Under the pieces are notes generated by a model. It made no database searches, was not told the DNA's origin, and saw only the letters and a list, made by a program, of their open reading frames with translations. Positions 1 through 9,068 of a stretch of 64,000 nucleotides of DNA are shown in pieces; positions within the stretch are counted from its first letter, which is position 1, and every line of letters starts with the position of its first letter. The DNA comes from an uncultured virus (IMG/VR IMGVR_UViG_3300043411_001204) (Duplodnaviria; Heunggongvirae; Uroviricota; Caudoviricetes), in the IMG/VR virus record IMGVR_UViG_3300043411_001204; one strand, written 5' to 3'. The position numbers and the translations under genes were made by a program.

Positions 1-2
1 AC

Positions 3-332
3 ATTGTACAGATTGCAAAATTGGCAACCGCTAACAGAGGGAAAAAACGATCTCCTGAGGCCCTTTTCAAAATGCGTGTAGCTCAACAGGCAAGACGTAC
101 TAAAGAGAGAGTTGGAGGACAAGTGATTCCCTCAGAGCAAGATAGAGAGTACCTTCGTAGTCTTGCTGCCCTCGCTGCCTATGACCAGGGGTTAAACCCT
201 GGAGTAGCTTCTGAGCAGCAACAAGAGCTACGTCTTGATGCCATGGACCGTGCCATCGATGTTGCGGATGCAGCTATGCAAGCTGCGTTGGAAGATGACG
301 ATGACAACTGGCAGTATGGGGACAACGAGTAG
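3..332 (+). CDS. Partial ORF open at the window edge; NUMOD3-like motif, probably the C-terminus of a homing-endonuclease-like protein
   Basis: Frame open from position 3; NRGKKRSPEALFKM resembles NUMOD3 (GKKxSxE); acidic tail. Confidence 0.45.
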   Translation: MVQIAKLATANRGKKRSPEALFKMRVAQQARRTKERVGGQVIPSEQDREYLRSLAALAAYDQGLNPGVASEQQQELRLDAMDRAIDVADAAMQAALEDDDDNWQYGDNE

Positions 333-338
333 ACTTGC

Positions 339-485
339 ATGTCAAACCCGCTCCTTGTATTTGAGTTGGTACGTAAAGGGGTACTCACTTCAGACCAAGC
401 CGCTGACCTGGTAATGAAGCATAGAAGACAGCGGATGAGCTGGATCTCCAAGGTGCTAGGTTGGCTATTGAGGATCTGTTTTTGA
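339..485 (+). CDS. Small hypothetical protein (48 aa, not in ORF track)
   Basis: Manual translation MSNPLLVFELVRKGVLTSDQAADLVMKH...WLLRICF; fills the gap. Confidence 0.5.
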   Translation: MSNPLLVFELVRKGVLTSDQAADLVMKHRRQRMSWISKVLGWLLRICF

Positions 486-497
486 GCTTACTCCGGT

Positions 498-1571
498 ATG
501 CGAGTAAAGCTTAGTGTTCTGGACAGGTTCATTGCTGCAAGGGTAGAGAAGCACTGGCGGCTATTCCTGGCTATGTCCGCAGCAGATGCGGCTAAAATAC
601 TTGAGGTGTCTGAGGATGCGTCCCCAGAAGAACTCAAGAAAGCTTACAAGCGTAAGGTAATCGAGAATCACCCTGATCGTGGCGGAAGCAACGAGAAGAT
701 GGTTGAAGTCAACGTGGCTATGGAGGTCCTGGAGGGGAAACGTAGACCCTCTTATGAACAACCTTCTTCGTACACCTCTGAGCCTCCTTCTTGGTGGCAA
801 CAATCTGACCGACCTAAGCCCAAGCCAGTACGTACCTCTTTTGCAGACGCGAAAAGTGGAGCTGGAATACCCTCTGGGGTTGAATGGAAGCTTAGAGCCA
901 ATACTGCATATGGGCCTAGTGTTGCAGCTGTAGTGCTTTACGGTCAGACCGCATCTCAGCATGTATTTGTAGGGCTCCATCATTACACCTCCCAAAATGC
1001 GTTTACAAGTGAGGATGTAGATGTCTGGGCCATGGAGACTCAGCACTTCAATCTTGCTACAGACTTAGTTAAGTTAGCCCCTAAAGTTCTTCGATCCATG
1101 TACTCTAACTTCTCTGGAACCTCGAAGGGTTTCAACGGGAAGGTATCTCTAATCAACGACTCATTCGTACTCAACGAGTCTGTCATGTACAAGCATGGGC
1201 AAGAGATGGCATTGAAGGATGCTCTCGTAGAGCTTGGAGTTACTGAACAGGATGCCGACCGAAAGCTGTCTGTAGTTATGCGTCTTAGCTCTTCTGGAAC
1301 CTCCTTCCCCAAGAAAGAGGATATTACGTTGATCATCAACGGCAGGGAGTACACTCTAAACGACGAGTCCAAGGAGTTCATTTCACAGAAAACACGGATA
1401 GTGCCCGCAGTCTTTGGGAACTACTACTACTACGATGGAGAGAAAAAAGACGTAACCAAGTCCAAAAATGGTGCTTCTGTCCTCAAGTACCTCTCAGAGA
1501 AGCTTATCTCAGAGCCTCAAGCCCTACGGGATCTCCTACTCAAGGCCTCCATTCAAGTGAGTAAGAAGTGA
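498..1571 (+). CDS. J-domain (DnaJ-like) protein, paralogue of 31231..32436
   Basis: ILEVSEDASPEELKKAYKRKVIENHPDRGG with HPD motif. Confidence 0.85.
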   Translation: MRVKLSVLDRFIAARVEKHWRLFLAMSAADAAKILEVSEDASPEELKKAYKRKVIENHPDRGGSNEKMVEVNVAMEVLEGKRRPSYEQPSSYTSEPPSWWQQSDRPKPKPVRTSFADAKSGAGIPSGVEWKLRANTAYGPSVAAVVLYGQTASQHVFVGLHHYTSQNAFTSEDVDVWAMETQHFNLATDLVKLAPKVLRSMYSNFSGTSKGFNGKVSLINDSFVLNESVMYKHGQEMALKDALVELGVTEQDADRKLSVVMRLSSSGTSFPKKEDITLIINGREYTLNDESKEFISQKTRIVPAVFGNYYYYDGEKKDVTKSKNGASVLKYLSEKLISEPQALRDLLLKASIQVSKK

Positions 1572-1951
1572 GATTAGCGTCGGACTTACTCCCGCCTCTC
1601 AAGGAAATGATTACGTCACCCTTATTTAAGGAAGCCATTGGCAATCTAGATGCTATGGATATCAGCGTTCGAGCTGCTGCTTGGGCATTGACGTGTATGG
1701 CTCACAAGTTAGAAACTTCGACCGCTCACTCCCAATACTACGCTAGAAAAACTGAGGTTCGTAGGCTTTTGACAGCGGGTTGGTACCCAGTAGCTATCTT
1801 CCAGTCTGAGCCCTCTGGAGTGATTTGGGAGGGAGTGATTATGGGTTACGACCTAACGCACTTTGAGTTGGCTACCCTACCTAGGGGTACTTTTATCCAA
1901 GTAGTGGACTCACTGCCGGAACTCTTAGCTCTAATCGTCGAGGCGCCATGA
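1568..1951 (+). CDS. Hypothetical protein
   Basis: 127 aa ORF, 4-nt overlaps on both sides. Confidence 0.6.
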   Translation: MRLASDLLPPLKEMITSPLFKEAIGNLDAMDISVRAAAWALTCMAHKLETSTAHSQYYARKTEVRRLLTAGWYPVAIFQSEPSGVIWEGVIMGYDLTHFELATLPRGTFIQVVDSLPELLALIVEAP

Positions 1952-2511
1952 CTTTACCGGAATCCCCTCCAGCGATCGTAGAGCCATGCTCAGGGACTTG
2001 TGTTCAAGCCGAGGACATGAGGGTAATCCTTCAAGTTCTGAAGGACAAACAATGCCTTCAGAAGACTCCTCCTACATTCCAACTAGACCCCGTTACGATC
2101 GTAACGGACGTAGAGGGGAGGGTCTACTTTTCTGGGGACCAGCCTAACCCGTACACCCTAAAGGTCCAGTGGTGTAATTACACCGTAACTGGAACAGGGA
2201 AGTTGTCCGTTATCGTGGCCAAGAAAGAACCTCCTGTTTGGGGGTTTAGGTTTCGACCCAAGTTCGCAGGTAGCTTTCTATTCCTAGATGCCTTTGAGCG
2301 ACCTACCGCAGCGGATGCCATCGACGTTGGTTTTCTTTGGGACTTCCTGTACTACAAGCAATTCAACCTCAACGTAGCCACGGGGTTCAGGTCTGTTGGT
2401 CTGAGTGTCGGAATGGACCTTACTCGAAACTTTGGAGTCTTCGCAGGGTACGCATTCTCTTGGTGGACCTTACGAAGCAACCCTCAGGCTGGCGTCTTCT
2501 TCTCGTTCTGA
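1948..2511 (+). CDS. Hypothetical protein with beta-strand-rich, OMP-like C-terminus
   Basis: Amphipathic strands ending QAGVFFSF (terminal Phe). Confidence 0.5.
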   Translation: MTLPESPPAIVEPCSGTCVQAEDMRVILQVLKDKQCLQKTPPTFQLDPVTIVTDVEGRVYFSGDQPNPYTLKVQWCNYTVTGTGKLSVIVAKKEPPVWGFRFRPKFAGSFLFLDAFERPTAADAIDVGFLWDFLYYKQFNLNVATGFRSVGLSVGMDLTRNFGVFAGYAFSWWTLRSNPQAGVFFSF

Positions 2512-2517
2512 GCTAGT

Positions 2518-3402
2518 ATGCAAACTAGAGTTGTAGCTAGGTATATGTGTGCAAAGGCAGTCAGCCTCCTTCCAGAGTTCAAGCTAGCGCTTGTTGCATG
2601 GTTACAGGGAGATGAGCAGCCAATAATGGAGTTCATCCAAAGGGTACTCGACATCATCTTTCCAGATGGCGGAACGACTCCTCCCTCCTGGTACTATGCT
2701 CTTGGGACGGCAAAGCGTACGACTATCAGTTGGATCCAAAAAGAGGGGCAGCGTTGGCTACACCACCTACCTGCCTACACGGCAGACCTTTGGAACCCAG
2801 AGGCTCCTAGTTCAAGGTTCTACAAGTTTCCAGACCCTAAGCTACAAGCGCAGAGAATGCAGGAAAACACGGTCAAGGAGCTAGAGGAGTGGGGTAAGAA
2901 GCTACGTACCCTGGAGATTGCCAGTCAAGGGGGAAATGAAGACCTTGAGATCAAACGAGGTGGGTTCACTGTCATTCCAATGCCAGGACTGAAAAAGGTC
3001 GAGATTGAAGGCGCACTTGAAGCGTTGGATGCAGCTGTTGCTAAGATTCGGCTAAAGTTCCCACAAGTTATCTACGGTAAGGTGTACCTGTCTACTCACC
3101 TCGCAGCCAAAACAGCAGCTCATTACGTTCATAGTAACGATACAATCCACATAAGCGTAAGAGCCCGCAAGCGGTTTGATGACGTCTACACGCTTACTCA
3201 CGAGTTTGGGCATAGGCTTGACAGAAAGTTTGTGTCGAGTGATGTCCGCAAGGAGTTTCGTAGGCTGTCCGCGCAAAAAGAGCTAGCGGTTACTCCGTAT
3301 GGAGCCACTGACCCAGCGGAGAACTTTGCTGAGGCGTTTGCCCACCTTGTTCTTGGGATGCCTCTTGCGCCAGAGCTGCAAGCAGTTCTATCAGCTATTT
3401 AG
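2518..3402 (+). CDS. Zinc metallopeptidase, lethal-factor-like (HExxH...Y...ExFAE)
   Basis: THEFGHRLD and YGATDPAENFAEAF. Confidence 0.75.
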   Translation: MQTRVVARYMCAKAVSLLPEFKLALVAWLQGDEQPIMEFIQRVLDIIFPDGGTTPPSWYYALGTAKRTTISWIQKEGQRWLHHLPAYTADLWNPEAPSSRFYKFPDPKLQAQRMQENTVKELEEWGKKLRTLEIASQGGNEDLEIKRGGFTVIPMPGLKKVEIEGALEALDAAVAKIRLKFPQVIYGKVYLSTHLAAKTAAHYVHSNDTIHISVRARKRFDDVYTLTHEFGHRLDRKFVSSDVRKEFRRLSAQKELAVTPYGATDPAENFAEAFAHLVLGMPLAPELQAVLSAI

Positions 3403-3478
3403 GTACTTTCCGAGTAAAATCAAGGGGTGTGAACTTTTTGGAGACCCCCCCCTACTCCGTTGGTGTACCCTTTACCCC

Positions 3479-5185
3479 ATGGCAAAGTTGTCCGACGAAG
3501 ACCAAACGGCTATTATCTATGACCGAGTGAAGCAGGTTCGGGCATCAAAAACTCTTGAGCTGAAACCATCCCCTAGGTTACGGCAAGAGATTACAGGGTT
3601 GGATGGGCAACCTCAACCCTTCCGAATGAGGTACTACCAATCTCAGGGTATTTTCCACCTCCTGACCGTCAACCGCATGGTTCTTGGTGACGGAACGGGC
3701 CTCGGCAAGACTATACAGGTTTTAGGCGCATTTTGCTACACTTGGGACCGAGATCCTCAGATGAAGGTGATTGTAGTCTGCCCTAAGTCAGCCATTCGCC
3801 AATGGGGGGCTGAGGTGGAGAAGTTCACGGTGGGGGTGAAGACCTTTGTGGCCACTGGGACGGTGGCGCAACGTAAGGCTACCTATGCCGCATGGGAGGC
3901 TGAAACAGAGTTTAGGGCCATCCTCGTCATGAACTACCACACGTTGGTGAGAGACTGGGACCAGGACATCCAGAAGGTGGCTCCTCCTCCTGGGGCGAAG
4001 CATGGTACTCAACCTACCCTTGGGTTGGGGTTACTCGATGGTATGACCAGCCGAATACCTAAGATTATCGTATGCTTCGACGAGTGCGTAGCCTTCAAGA
4101 ACCCCTCTACAAAGACCCACAAGGTCTGTAAAGCACTGTCTGTCAAGTCGAGCAAGGTCTGGGGACTGACGGCTACCCTCCTGAAGAACAACTTGATGGA
4201 GGGATTTGGCATCTACCAAGTGATTCGACCGGGCACGTTCAAGTCAAAAACTGCTTTTCTTGAGGCCTACTGCGTCACGGAAATGCAGCGAGTAAAGGGA
4301 GGGATCAAGGTCCCGATTGTTGTAGGATACCATAACCTTGTACACTTCCGGGATACCATTGACCCATTCTTCTACGGTCGACCGAAACATGTCGTAAGTG
4401 ACGAGCTACCTACCCTTACTACCCGAGAGATCTTGTGTGAGCTGTCCCCTCAGGAGGACGCCAAATATCAGGAAGCGCTGGCCGGACTGCTGGAACTTGG
4501 AGATGGGGACCAGAAAGACTATCGGGAGACCAGAGAACTCACAAGTCTTATCTACACTCAGGAAGTCGTAAACTCTCTTGCCCTTCTCAAGTTTGAGGAG
4601 GGGGACACCCAATTCGAGGGTAAAAGTGCCAAGGAGCAAGCGCTCCTTGACCTACTTACAGAGGAGTTTGATGGGGAGAAGGTCATCGTCTACACCAGGT
4701 TTGAAAAGCTCGTTGGAAGGCTACAGAAGCTACTAACCGCTGAGAAGATCAAAAGTGTAAGGATCACCGGTAAGGAAAAGGATACCGACCGTAAGAAGGC
4801 CCAAGACAAGTTCCAGGACCTTACGAGTGATGTGTCCGTCGTGTTCATCACGGATGCAGGGTCTGAGGCCATCAACCTCCAGGCTGCTTGCGGTATGGTG
4901 TTTTTCGACTCCCCTTGGTCGTGGGGTCAGTATGTCCAGTTGCTTGGACGTATGATTCGTATCGGGTCTATTCACCAAAGCGTCCTAGCTATTCATCTAG
5001 TCGCTGAGCGACACGGTAAGACGTCCAAAAAAGAGACGATTGACCATCAGGTAATCAAGAAGTTGCGCAAGAAAAAGGGTCTGAGTGACCAAATTCTCGG
5101 GGAGGCTGCTGTGGGAGCTTTGAAGTTTGATCGATCCGAGACAGATCTTCGTGACCTGTACAGTGCAGTGCAGGGGGCGAAATGA
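3479..5185 (+). CDS. SNF2-family SF2 helicase/ATPase
   Basis: LGDGTGLGKT, FDEC, LTAT, AGSEAINLQ, QLLGRMIRIG; start moved to ATG 3479. Confidence 0.9.
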   Translation: MAKLSDEDQTAIIYDRVKQVRASKTLELKPSPRLRQEITGLDGQPQPFRMRYYQSQGIFHLLTVNRMVLGDGTGLGKTIQVLGAFCYTWDRDPQMKVIVVCPKSAIRQWGAEVEKFTVGVKTFVATGTVAQRKATYAAWEAETEFRAILVMNYHTLVRDWDQDIQKVAPPPGAKHGTQPTLGLGLLDGMTSRIPKIIVCFDECVAFKNPSTKTHKVCKALSVKSSKVWGLTATLLKNNLMEGFGIYQVIRPGTFKSKTAFLEAYCVTEMQRVKGGIKVPIVVGYHNLVHFRDTIDPFFYGRPKHVVSDELPTLTTREILCELSPQEDAKYQEALAGLLELGDGDQKDYRETRELTSLIYTQEVVNSLALLKFEEGDTQFEGKSAKEQALLDLLTEEFDGEKVIVYTRFEKLVGRLQKLLTAEKIKSVRITGKEKDTDRKKAQDKFQDLTSDVSVVFITDAGSEAINLQAACGMVFFDSPWSWGQYVQLLGRMIRIGSIHQSVLAIHLVAERHGKTSKKETIDHQVIKKLRKKKGLSDQILGEAAVGALKFDRSETDLRDLYSAVQGAK

Positions 5186-5400
5186 GTGGCGGATGTGACA
5201 CGGAGTGGTCCGACCTCGACCGCGCCCGAGTGATCATCGCTAATCTCACCAAAGAGAGAGACACGCTGAAAGAAAAGGTAGAGGCTCTAATGAGGGAGCG
5301 CAACACGCTCCGCACGGACGTTGACCGTTACTTCGAGCGGATGGTGAGGCTGGAGGGCGAGCGTGACCGTGCCGAGAAGGACGATGGAGAAGTGAAGTGA
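5182..5400 (+). CDS. Small coiled-coil protein
   Basis: 72 aa heptad-like ORF, coupled on both sides. Confidence 0.55.
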   Translation: MSGGCDTEWSDLDRARVIIANLTKERDTLKEKVEALMRERNTLRTDVDRYFERMVRLEGERDRAEKDDGEVK

Positions 5401-6284
5401 CCCTAGATCCTGAGTTCTTTGCGGTTGACCCATTGGTAGAGTCCTGCCCTAACTGCGTAAAGTGTGGCGGTAGGGGCTACATCATGAAGGATGGAGATCC
5501 TTTCACTCAAGTGGAGTGTAATAACCTGTTCCTGAGAAGGGTGGGGTTGAAGTTAGGGGTTGAAATCGCGACAGCTGCCACTCTAGCAGATTCCCCACTC
5601 TACGTATGGGGAGGGAAGGATAAGACTCAGAGTAACCTCTTCCTAAAGGGTGACTGGGTAGACCTACTACCTCACCTAAAGTGCGCACTCCTTCGCAAGT
5701 TCTACAGCTGTGGAGTAGAGGCCTTTAGTTTCCGGGTGGTCACGGATGAGCGACTCAAGAATGTGTACCTATCGAATGAGGCCTACACAGCGAAGCAGCG
5801 TAAGAAGAGAGATGAGGGGGAGGTCTACAACTCGCTTTCCGACCTCATTGGCAACTCCCACAACCTCATCATCATTAGGCTTGGCTTCCTCGGCTACAAG
5901 AACGTGGCTATGCCCGGAATCCTAAAAGAGACCCTGATGATGAGGCAAGCTCAAGGAGTTCCAACTTGGGTAGTAGAGGACCCAGACTCCCCTTTTGTCC
6001 CAGGGCATTTTTCGTGGAGTCTAGATGTTAGCGATTACATAACGAGGTACTACGAGACGGTGGACTTTACTTCGGCTGTAAGGACTCCTAGGTCAGGTCT
6101 TCCTGAGGAAGAAGACGAAGGTCTTGGTCTGGATACGCCAGAGACGGAGGTAGCTCCAGAGCCTAAGCCAAGAGTCAAAGCTCAAGCGCCAGTGGTGGTT
6201 GAAGGGGTGGCTGACTTCAGCTCAGACCTTGCGTTGGGTACGGGGTACGTCAAGAAGAACTACAAGAAGGGAGGTAGAGGTTGA
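5397..6284 (+). CDS. Hypothetical protein, possibly a degenerate helicase loader
   Basis: N-terminal CVKCGGRG zinc-knuckle motif; directly upstream of DnaB; no intact Walker A. Confidence 0.4.
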   Translation: MTLDPEFFAVDPLVESCPNCVKCGGRGYIMKDGDPFTQVECNNLFLRRVGLKLGVEIATAATLADSPLYVWGGKDKTQSNLFLKGDWVDLLPHLKCALLRKFYSCGVEAFSFRVVTDERLKNVYLSNEAYTAKQRKKRDEGEVYNSLSDLIGNSHNLIIIRLGFLGYKNVAMPGILKETLMMRQAQGVPTWVVEDPDSPFVPGHFSWSLDVSDYITRYYETVDFTSAVRTPRSGLPEEEDEGLGLDTPETEVAPEPKPRVKAQAPVVVEGVADFSSDLALGTGYVKKNYKKGGRG

Positions 6285-7750
6285 AATCCATACTTCGTAG
6301 TGTAATTGACATTGCAGGTAATGAGGACCAGGTAAATCTCATTGCCAACCTCCAAAAGTTGATGGTGTCCAAGGTTGAATGGACTCAACCAGCGGATCAG
6401 CGAATTTACGACCAAATTACGCACTACTTCCAGCTAAAGTACGAAGTCCCATCCGGACAGACGCTCATGGACTTCTTCGAGGTCCAACGAGACCAGGAAG
6501 CGATTGAGCGGGTCAAGGACTTTACGAATGTGCAGGCGTACATTCGTACGAACTTTGCGCACCTCCTAACTACAACCCTTGAGAAGCAAGGTCAGATTAA
6601 GGCGATCACGCTCTTCAAGGAAGCCGGAGAGATTGCAGGTCGAGGGCTCATCATCGACAAGGAGAAGAAGCAAGGAGTATCTGAGGCTCTTGCACATGTC
6701 TATGAGCATGGGTCTAAGCTAATTGCATCCGAGTTCAACTCTAGAGCAGAGGGGGATGCTCGGGATGACGGGCAAGAGGTTTGGGATCGTTACCAGCACG
6801 CCAAGAACAACCCAAGTGAAGCTTGGGGTAAGCTATGTGGGCTAAACGAGATAGACAAGGTAATCAAGGGAGGTAAGAAGGGAGAGCTTTGGCTCCATGC
6901 TGCATTCACGGGTGAGCTGAAGTCTACCTTTGCTCTGAATTGGGCCTACAACCTAGTTACCAGGTACAGGACCAACGTATTCTATGCCACCCTAGAGATG
7001 CCCTACACCCAGGTTGTAGACAAGCTCTATGTCATGCATAGCTCGAATCATCGATTCCGAGCTTTGGGCTATGCGCCTCTCAGTTACGCAAAGGTGATAG
7101 CTGGGGAGTTGACTCCAGAAGAGGAGAAGTTCTGGCAACTGGTCATCACGGACTTCACTACAAACGAAGAGTACGGGTCTCTCCATTTCTGGTCTCCGAT
7201 TGAGGATGCAAACACGGATGACATCCGTGTTAAGGCAGAAATTGTCAACCAGAAGCACAGCCTTGGTCTTGTGATCATCGACCACGGTGGAATTGTACAG
7301 GCAAGACGAAAGAAGCAGTCGAAGGACTACGTTATCGAGTTGAACTCTGTCATTCGCGACTCAAAGCGGCTGGCACTCCAGTTCAACAATGGTCAGAAGA
7401 TTCTCGTTATGCTGCTATTCCAGATCAGCCGAGAGGGTAAGGAGTACGCAGACAAGAATGAGGGTCGCTACAAGCTGAGAGCACTGAGCTACGCAAATGA
7501 GGCGGAGCGGTCTGCGGATTACGTAACCACTACGTACCTGAACGAAGAGCATCGGACAGCTGGGACCACGATCTTCGACATGTTGAAACGACGGGATGGG
7601 GCGTTCTTTAAGCCATTCCTTGCAGGGATCGATTGGAATACTAGTCGTATCTACAATCGAGACACCTTCAGCAACGTAGGAGATAGAGGCTTGGGAATCG
7701 ACAACGAGAGAGACATATCTCAAGCTCTAGCGGGCATGTTTTCGGTGTAA
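6281..7750 (+). CDS. dnaB: DnaB-like replicative helicase
   Basis: GLNEIDKVIKG, AAFTGELKST (variant Walker A), TLEM, IIDH, QISR, AERSAD. Confidence 0.8.
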   Translation: MKSILRSVIDIAGNEDQVNLIANLQKLMVSKVEWTQPADQRIYDQITHYFQLKYEVPSGQTLMDFFEVQRDQEAIERVKDFTNVQAYIRTNFAHLLTTTLEKQGQIKAITLFKEAGEIAGRGLIIDKEKKQGVSEALAHVYEHGSKLIASEFNSRAEGDARDDGQEVWDRYQHAKNNPSEAWGKLCGLNEIDKVIKGGKKGELWLHAAFTGELKSTFALNWAYNLVTRYRTNVFYATLEMPYTQVVDKLYVMHSSNHRFRALGYAPLSYAKVIAGELTPEEEKFWQLVITDFTTNEEYGSLHFWSPIEDANTDDIRVKAEIVNQKHSLGLVIIDHGGIVQARRKKQSKDYVIELNSVIRDSKRLALQFNNGQKILVMLLFQISREGKEYADKNEGRYKLRALSYANEAERSADYVTTTYLNEEHRTAGTTIFDMLKRRDGAFFKPFLAGIDWNTSRIYNRDTFSNVGDRGLGIDNERDISQALAGMFSV

Positions 7751-7760
7751 GGAGGGTCCT

Positions 7761-7976
7761 ATGTCCGGTAACTTTCAACAACAAGCGAGACAGCCTGGAG
7801 ATGGTCAGGTGGCCGTACAAGCCATGGGTAATGGTCGACTGGCTCTTTGTGTGGATGATGTGGATGGTAACTTCGCAGTCTTCATGTCAGAGCACAATGC
7901 CGCTAGGGTTGTAGCTTTACTAGCTACTTATCTTCGCATCAGACTCAATCCAAAAGATGCGAATAACATCAAGTGA
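7761..7976 (+). CDS. Hypothetical protein
   Basis: AGGAGG SD, 71 aa. Confidence 0.6.
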   Translation: MSGNFQQQARQPGDGQVAVQAMGNGRLALCVDDVDGNFAVFMSEHNAARVVALLATYLRIRLNPKDANNIK

Positions 7977-8620
7977 GACAGGTCAACTCTAGTGACAACC
8001 TACGGGAAGCCCTACAAGATAGTGCCCGTAGTGGGTTGTACAAGGAATGGGTAAGTCAGCGAGCTAACGCCATACGAGATACAGTGACCGCCTATGACGT
8101 ACTCCGTCATTTTGGGGTTAGTCTCAAGTATGCCGGAGATGACAACGAAGAGCAGATATCGTGCCCCTTCCATGGAGAAGACAACTCTCCTTCTGCAAGG
8201 GTGTACCCACAGAGCGCTAGGTCGTCTAGTCATGTCTGGTGTTTCGTTTGCAATGAGCGATGGGATGTCTTTGCCCTATGGAAGAAGTTCCAAGGGGAGG
8301 ACCAGAAGTTCACTCAGTTACTATTCGGTATCGAGCGTGCTTTTGGATTGACTACCCCAGAAGCCCCGGAAGTCTCCTCAGGGGCTAGCTCAGTCCGAGG
8401 TCCTACAGAGAGGGAGCAGGAAGTTCTCTCTCTGTTAGATACCTGCGAACGTAGGCTCAAACAAGCTAAGGAGAGCTGCGATATGGTAGGTTTTCTCACC
8501 TTAGGTAAGCTACTAGACACTCTGCACTACCAGGTCACTAATCGGTTAATCGATATCGAAGATGCCTGGAAACATACTCGTGCCATCCTAGATAAGATTG
8601 GCAGTAAGATTCGTGCCTAG
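7973..8620 (+). CDS. CHC2 primase-type zinc-finger protein without TOPRIM domain
   Basis: ISCPFHGEDNSPSA...HVWCFVCNERWDVF. Confidence 0.8.
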   Translation: MRQVNSSDNLREALQDSARSGLYKEWVSQRANAIRDTVTAYDVLRHFGVSLKYAGDDNEEQISCPFHGEDNSPSARVYPQSARSSSHVWCFVCNERWDVFALWKKFQGEDQKFTQLLFGIERAFGLTTPEAPEVSSGASSVRGPTEREQEVLSLLDTCERRLKQAKESCDMVGFLTLGKLLDTLHYQVTNRLIDIEDAWKHTRAILDKIGSKIRA

Positions 8621-9035
8621 GCAGCTCAAGCTGAAGACCCTTGAGCTTGGGGACCTGGAACTCTACCTCATCTATCAGTACGGGGAAGTCTGGGAGGATG
8701 CTTGGGTTGCAGCTCAAGGCCTCCCAATCGCAGAGTTGTTCACGACCGTCCATTTTGAGACTATGAATCACGCTTTACGCGGTTGGACTTCTCCGCTCGT
8801 GAAGGCTCTTGGGCTTTCTCCAGCAGGCGCCTTACGTAAGCTCCCACTAAAGGATAGGACTTGCTACAAAAAGACCATATGCCCGCTATACACGAAGGAC
8901 TGCCAACCTCAGTCGCTAAAAATGCCATGGTGTTTCGAGCCGGGATCCGTCGTAGACCTCACAGCTAGGGGATTAGGTGCAGAAGCCATCCGACTGTGGA
9001 AGTTGGGTGTGTACCTAATTGTTGTAACTCACTAA
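8598..9035 (+). CDS. Hypothetical Cys-rich protein
   Basis: Four Cys (CYKKTICP..DC..WCFEP); lies in the replication operon; start uncertain. Confidence 0.6.
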   Translation: MAVRFVPRQLKLKTLELGDLELYLIYQYGEVWEDAWVAAQGLPIAELFTTVHFETMNHALRGWTSPLVKALGLSPAGALRKLPLKDRTCYKKTICPLYTKDCQPQSLKMPWCFEPGSVVDLTARGLGAEAIRLWKLGVYLIVVTH

Positions 9036-9068
9036 TTTACCACGACAACTGCCAACTTTTGGAGATAC

